IMG/VR virus record: IMGVR_UViG_3300037424_001177
Coordinates: 1 to 64,000 of that record
DNA length: 64,000 bases
Source of the DNA: a virus
Direction: 5' to 3' (one strand)
This document shows positions 60,095 through 64,000 of the stretch, piece by piece; the stretch's first letter is position 1, and the number at the start of each line of letters is the position of its first letter. A program made the position numbers and the translations under genes. The notes under the pieces are model-generated. The model worked only from the letters and a program-made list of their open reading frames with translations, was not told where the DNA came from and did no database searches.

Positions 60095-60098
60095 GTGC

Positions 60099-60761
60099 AT
60101 GTCTGACTACTGGGACTACGCCCGCTCGTTCGGCCCCGGTGACTTGGTCCAGAAGTTCGGGTCGCACGGTTTGTCACCCTACGTTGGGCGAATCGTAGAG
60201 GTCTCTCCTAACATCAAGGTCGCGTGGCCATTCGGTCAGCAGTCGACAGAGGAGTTCCTAGCTAAGGTAGGAATCACGTTCGCGGTGTGCCTGCCGTCGT
60301 CGGTGAATGGGTTTGGAACGAAGTCAGCCGCAGCTTGGTGGTTGGTCGAAAACCCGGAGTTCTATCGCGAGCTGGCCAGATCGTTTCATGCAGGTTTGTC
60401 TGAAGTTGTTTCTTACGATGACCAGTGGAGGCGGTACGGATCTGAAATTGGGGACACAACCATACGACAGGAAACCGCGAAATTCTACCGCTTTGCCGCT
60501 CTTGCGGAGTCCCTCTACTGGTCCGGTTTTGCTGACAAGCACGCTACGTATTGGTTTTCGCAGAATCGACAACATCGTGCAACACGTTCGGAAGTTGAAA
60601 CCGGTCGCCCGAGTTGCCCCAAGTGTGGAACGAGCATGCGACGTACGACATACAAGATGAGCAAAGGGCAGAAAGTCAAACTGTTCGCTTGTCCTCGAGA
60701 CCTCTACTTGATTCGACAAGCTGACATTTTGGGACCGGAAGGCGCCCCTGTTGGGTGGTGA
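60099..60761 (+). CDS. Hypothetical protein with a C-terminal zinc ribbon
   Basis: CPKCG..M...ACPRD. Confidence 0.7.
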   Translation: MSDYWDYARSFGPGDLVQKFGSHGLSPYVGRIVEVSPNIKVAWPFGQQSTEEFLAKVGITFAVCLPSSVNGFGTKSAAAWWLVENPEFYRELARSFHAGLSEVVSYDDQWRRYGSEIGDTTIRQETAKFYRFAALAESLYWSGFADKHATYWFSQNRQHRATRSEVETGRPSCPKCGTSMRRTTYKMSKGQKVKLFACPRDLYLIRQADILGPEGAPVGW

Positions 60762-60766
60762 TTGGC

Positions 60767-61015
60767 ATGACGATGAACAAACAAGCCTTGCTACAAGCGG
60801 CGCATGCCTACCAGGAGTGTGTAACCGCAGGCAGCATCCGTCCCGAAGTGCTCAATGACTTGCAGCAGATCCTCAAGTCTGATGACAGTAAACGTTTTAA
60901 GATCTTTCTTGACAGTTTCAAAGGACACGTCGCAGCCCGGTATCTTTGTGAAGCCCTGTTGGTAAGCGGTCACGGCCAAACACTTCGCTCTACGATCAAG
61001 TTGTTGGAGGGCTGA
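60767..61015 (+). CDS. Hypothetical protein
   Basis: Tiles in the operon. Confidence 0.55.
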   Translation: MTMNKQALLQAAHAYQECVTAGSIRPEVLNDLQQILKSDDSKRFKIFLDSFKGHVAARYLCEALLVSGHGQTLRSTIKLLEG

Positions 61016-61017
61016 AC

Positions 61018-61221
61018 GTGTCGTTTTTGAAGTACGGAGATGCCGTTGAAGTCAAGCCTGACTGCCCCAGTGGGGCAGTCAGGTCAGGTGCCGTACTTCG
61101 TCCGACGCTTCGCGTGATCTGTCCAGAGTGTGGTGCGGAGATGTTTTGTGTGGCGCGAGACATGTACAAGTGCCCTGTCGATGGTCATGTGACGCAGCAG
61201 GAAAGCAATGGCCTTTCTTAA
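61018..61221 (+). CDS. Small zinc-ribbon protein sharing its N-terminus with the protease
   Basis: MSFLKYGDAV vs MAFLKYANAV; CPEC..CPVDGH; SD GGAGG. Confidence 0.65.
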   Translation: MSFLKYGDAVEVKPDCPSGAVRSGAVLRPTLRVICPECGAEMFCVARDMYKCPVDGHVTQQESNGLS

Positions 61222-62629
61222 GTACGCCAATGCAGTGGTTGCTGAGCCTTTGGCGTCAGTTGACGTGTGGCAGCGCCGCGTCACCGCTGGACGCAAGGTT
61301 GCTGTACAGAGCACTGTGTTGCAGAAATACGATCCTGCACAGTACTTGTTGAGTCACGCCACGATCATGGCGTCAGTGGACACTGAAAATGGTCCAGGTC
61401 CGCTAGGTCGTCACTTGCAAGGCAGCTTTGAGGTCAACCGACGTTTTCTTGATTACTACATCACGCCGGAGACGACACGTTTTATCAACAATAATTTCGA
61501 CGCATGGTCTCGACCGTTGTTGTTGGCTACGTACCGTACGTTCATTGGTGCTCAGAATTACATGGAGCACCTGCAAGTAAAGGAACTCTCCAAGGGACGG
61601 ATCATTGATGCTGTAGCTCGTGACACAGGTCCGAGTGTCTACATTGACATTTTGGTAGCGACTGAACGGAAGCATCGATCTTTGGTTGCTGGGATCGAGT
61701 CTAGGAAGATCAATTCTCTCAGCATGGGTTGTTCGATTCTCTATAGTCAGTGCTCGTTCTGTGGAAACGTTGCCACTGACGATACTGAGCTTTGCGGACA
61801 CATAAAATATGCGAAGGGAAACACGTTCAAGGACGCTTTCGGGAAGACGCACAGAGTGGCAGAGTTGTGTGGCCACAGCTCAGAAAATGATAGCGTTAAA
61901 TTTATCGAGGCATCTTGGGTTGCGAATCCTGCATTCAAGGGAGCCGTCGTTCGTAACCTCTTTCCAGGCGAAGCCGCCGCGTCCCAACTCAACCAAGTTT
62001 TGCCCCTGCGTCCACCAACGGCGACTCCTGGTGCTTTGCTCAAAGCCGCACAAGATCAGAACCCCTTCGTTGATCCGTCAAACGAGGTGACACCTTCTGA
62101 CTCCCCGAGCGATATTGATACCGCCGTTGATGAAGTCGCTAAATTGATTCGACAGAAGGCTTTGGAGAAAGTTCGAAGTGACCTGAACGATCCTGTTCCA
62201 CCACGTGCAACTCTGCGAGACGACACGAATGGAGGTCTCACACATGAAGCTTCCCTTCAATTCCCAATCGACAAGTCAGTCGAGCGTTACTTGTCCGCTC
62301 GAATACGGAATCCGGACTGTGTGCAACGAATCTTGACAGGTCTTGTCCTACATCGACTCGGCGGTTGGCAACGTGTCGCGGACAACAAATCTTTGTCAGG
62401 TCCAGAAGTACTTGTAATCTCTAGGATTTTGGACCAAATGGGTCGAATCAAGCAGGCGGGGACTGATCGGATTTATCGCACTGTTCTTGGAGCAGGCGGT
62501 CTGCGTCGACATGGTGGAAATACCGCATTTTTAGCGGTTTGTCAGAGGGTTTTGGGCCGCGTGCTCACAGCGGCTGAGCAAAAAGCTTTGATCGAGAAAG
62601 GTCAGCTCTTTGACCTGGGAACTACGTGA
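61208..62629 (+). CDS. Prohead (capsid maturation) protease
   Basis: N.N.D.W, YMEH..KGRIIDA, SLSMGC, CSFCG..CGH, FIEASWV.NPAF; lies upstream of the scaffold. Confidence 0.8.
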   Translation: MAFLKYANAVVAEPLASVDVWQRRVTAGRKVAVQSTVLQKYDPAQYLLSHATIMASVDTENGPGPLGRHLQGSFEVNRRFLDYYITPETTRFINNNFDAWSRPLLLATYRTFIGAQNYMEHLQVKELSKGRIIDAVARDTGPSVYIDILVATERKHRSLVAGIESRKINSLSMGCSILYSQCSFCGNVATDDTELCGHIKYAKGNTFKDAFGKTHRVAELCGHSSENDSVKFIEASWVANPAFKGAVVRNLFPGEAAASQLNQVLPLRPPTATPGALLKAAQDQNPFVDPSNEVTPSDSPSDIDTAVDEVAKLIRQKALEKVRSDLNDPVPPRATLRDDTNGGLTHEASLQFPIDKSVERYLSARIRNPDCVQRILTGLVLHRLGGWQRVADNKSLSGPEVLVISRILDQMGRIKQAGTDRIYRTVLGAGGLRRHGGNTAFLAVCQRVLGRVLTAAEQKALIEKGQLFDLGTT

Positions 62630-62703
62630 TTCCTTTTTTACCGGTGATCTGGGTGATGACCAAGTTTTCTGCGGGGGACGAAAACGGACGGAGAAGTTAA
62701 GCT

Positions 62704-63879
62704 ATGCGTGAACGATCTACATGGGACCGCGAGAGAATTGCCAAGTTGGCGGCTGATCCTGACTCGATGCGACCTGAGAATTTGCAGGCCCAACCTGCTG
62801 CCGACGCATATGTGATCGGTACACCCTCAGACTTCGCGGAGGATGTATCTCCGAGTCGGTGGAAGGACGAGTACGACTCTACTGGCTACACTCGTGTGAA
62901 CGAGATCGGGATGCCAGCGTTCAGGCCTGACACTTTCAAGACCGCTGCCGAAAAACAAGAAGAAGATGAGAAGCTCGAGAAGAAAGCTGAGGTCTGCCTC
63001 CAGCTTTCCAAGCATCTCCTCAAGAATGCTTCAACGCAGCTCCTAGAGGATCAGGCTCTCGGATTCATGCACCTGCCTGACAGTGTTTTGATCGACACTG
63101 TTCGACGTCTCGCCTCTGACGAGGATCAGCAAGACGACGACGACAAAGACAAGGGCAAGCAAGCTCAGGATCAGCAGCAAGACCAAGCTGACGACGACAA
63201 AGACAAGGGCAAGCAAGCTCAGGATCAGCAACAGCAAGACGAGGATCCTGACAAGAAGAAGCAAGCTCAGGATCAGCAACAGCAAGACGACGCTGACAAA
63301 GAGAAGAAGGAAGCTCGTGAGAAGCTTGCCGCAAAAGCTCTCGTGGCCATGCAGCAGGGTGATATGGCCACTGCTAACCAGATGGTTCAGCAATTGGCCC
63401 AGCAACAAGTTCAGCAACAGCAGGTACAGTCCCAGCAGCAGCTAGAAGCTCAGCTCCAAGACATGGTGCAACAAGCTGTGCAGCAGCAGCTGCAACAACA
63501 GCCTCCGCAGCAACAAGCTCAGCAGCAGCAACCCATGCAACAACAGCCACAGATGGAGATGGCTAACGACGACATGGGTTTCTTTCAGGACATGGGCCCG
63601 TCGATGATGGTCGATGACGTGGCAGTGGACCCTGATCTGCAACAGATCTTCGCTTCAGCACCTGAAGCCCAGAATGCTCAAGCAGCTTTCGGTATCACAG
63701 CCAGTGCTGCTGATCCAGGTACCCGGACCAAGACTGCTGCAAGTCGTACACTTGGAACAAAACCTCCAGGTGTGAGCCGTATCGGCGGTACCCCAGGTTC
63801 GGACCTTCCGGCAACCGGATCTGACAACCTCGCAAATCTGTGGGACGCCCCACCCGACGTGCGACACGCTTTTCGTTAG
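62704..63879 (+). CDS. Probable scaffolding protein (Q/D-rich)
   Basis: Low-complexity acidic and Gln-rich protein after the protease. Confidence 0.65.
   Translation: MRERSTWDRERIAKLAADPDSMRPENLQAQPAADAYVIGTPSDFAEDVSPSRWKDEYDSTGYTRVNEIGMPAFRPDTFKTAAEKQEEDEKLEKKAEVCLQLSKHLLKNASTQLLEDQALGFMHLPDSVLIDTVRRLASDEDQQDDDDKDKGKQAQDQQQDQADDDKDKGKQAQDQQQQDEDPDKKKQAQDQQQQDDADKEKKEAREKLAAKALVAMQQGDMATANQMVQQLAQQQVQQQQVQSQQQLEAQLQDMVQQAVQQQLQQQPPQQQAQQQQPMQQQPQMEMANDDMGFFQDMGPSMMVDDVAVDPDLQQIFASAPEAQNAQAAFGITASAADPGTRTKTAASRTLGTKPPGVSRIGGTPGSDLPATGSDNLANLWDAPPDVRHAFR
63121..63300 (+). repeat. Imperfect tandem repeats encoding KQAQDQQQ(Q)D
   Basis: AAGCAAGCTCAGGATCAGCA x3. Confidence 0.9.
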
Positions 63880-63890
63880 TCCAAATCCGA

Positions 63891-63953
63891 CTAGCGCCTC
63901 AGATGGAATGAATCGTGGCCCAGCACCTTCTGGGACGAATCCACCCCAGCTAG
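63891..63953 (+). promoter_or_regulatory. Structured 5' leader of the next head gene
   Basis: CTAGC/GCTAG, TGGA/TCCA, TCGT/ACGA and CCCAG/CTGGG nested stems overlapping the SD AGGAG. Confidence 0.55.
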
Positions 63954-63962
63954 GAGAAATCT

Positions 63963-64000
63963 ATGCCTTTGAGTATCGGTCAAGGCTCGGGTGACTTCAG
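63963..64000 (+). CDS. Start of the next head gene (partial)
   Basis: AGGAG SD, MPLSIGQGSGDF; position suggests a capsid or decoration protein. Confidence 0.55.
   Translation, partial: MPLSIGQGSGDF

Noticed and set aside
62656-62700. 14-codon in-frame uORF or readthrough extension of the scaffold
   Set aside because: It ends in TAA and is more simply a 5' UTR; there is no supporting signal.

Overview
The window is a 64 kb slice of a large tailed dsDNA phage genome (jumbo or myovirus-like), gene-dense and readable in the standard genetic code. It has four parts. (i) About 1-10 kb holds accessory genes: an HExxH protein, a C-terminally truncated ComM/YifB, a MazG-like NTP pyrophosphatase, a HerA-like ATPase, an RRM protein, dCTP deaminase, J-domain and ASCH proteins. 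(ii) About 9.7-10.4 kb is a non-coding GATC-rich, repeat-rich stretch that looks like a replication origin, followed by two sigma-like genes, a DNA methyltransferase and GroEL. (iii) About 18.6-47 kb is a replication, recombination and nucleotide-metabolism block: clamp loader gamma/tau, delta and delta', beta clamp, primase, NAD ligase, class Ia RNR with an intein, ThyX, RecD2, SSB, RuvC, RecA, split SbcC with SbcD, an orphan TnpB, a NusG-5'-3' exonuclease fusion and a double-sigma4 protein. (iv) About 47.6-64 kb is the head and packaging block: terminase, three paralogous virion proteins, portal, a 5-hmdU DNA kinase-like gene, prohead protease and scaffold. The best candidate for an undescribed system is the transcription apparatus: the NusG-exonuclease fusion, a tandem sigma2-only protein, a tandem sigma4-only protein, a possibly virion-packaged sigma factor, and two classes of single-element, mostly leaderless promoter motifs. 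All calls come from motifs recognised by eye; no searches were run.
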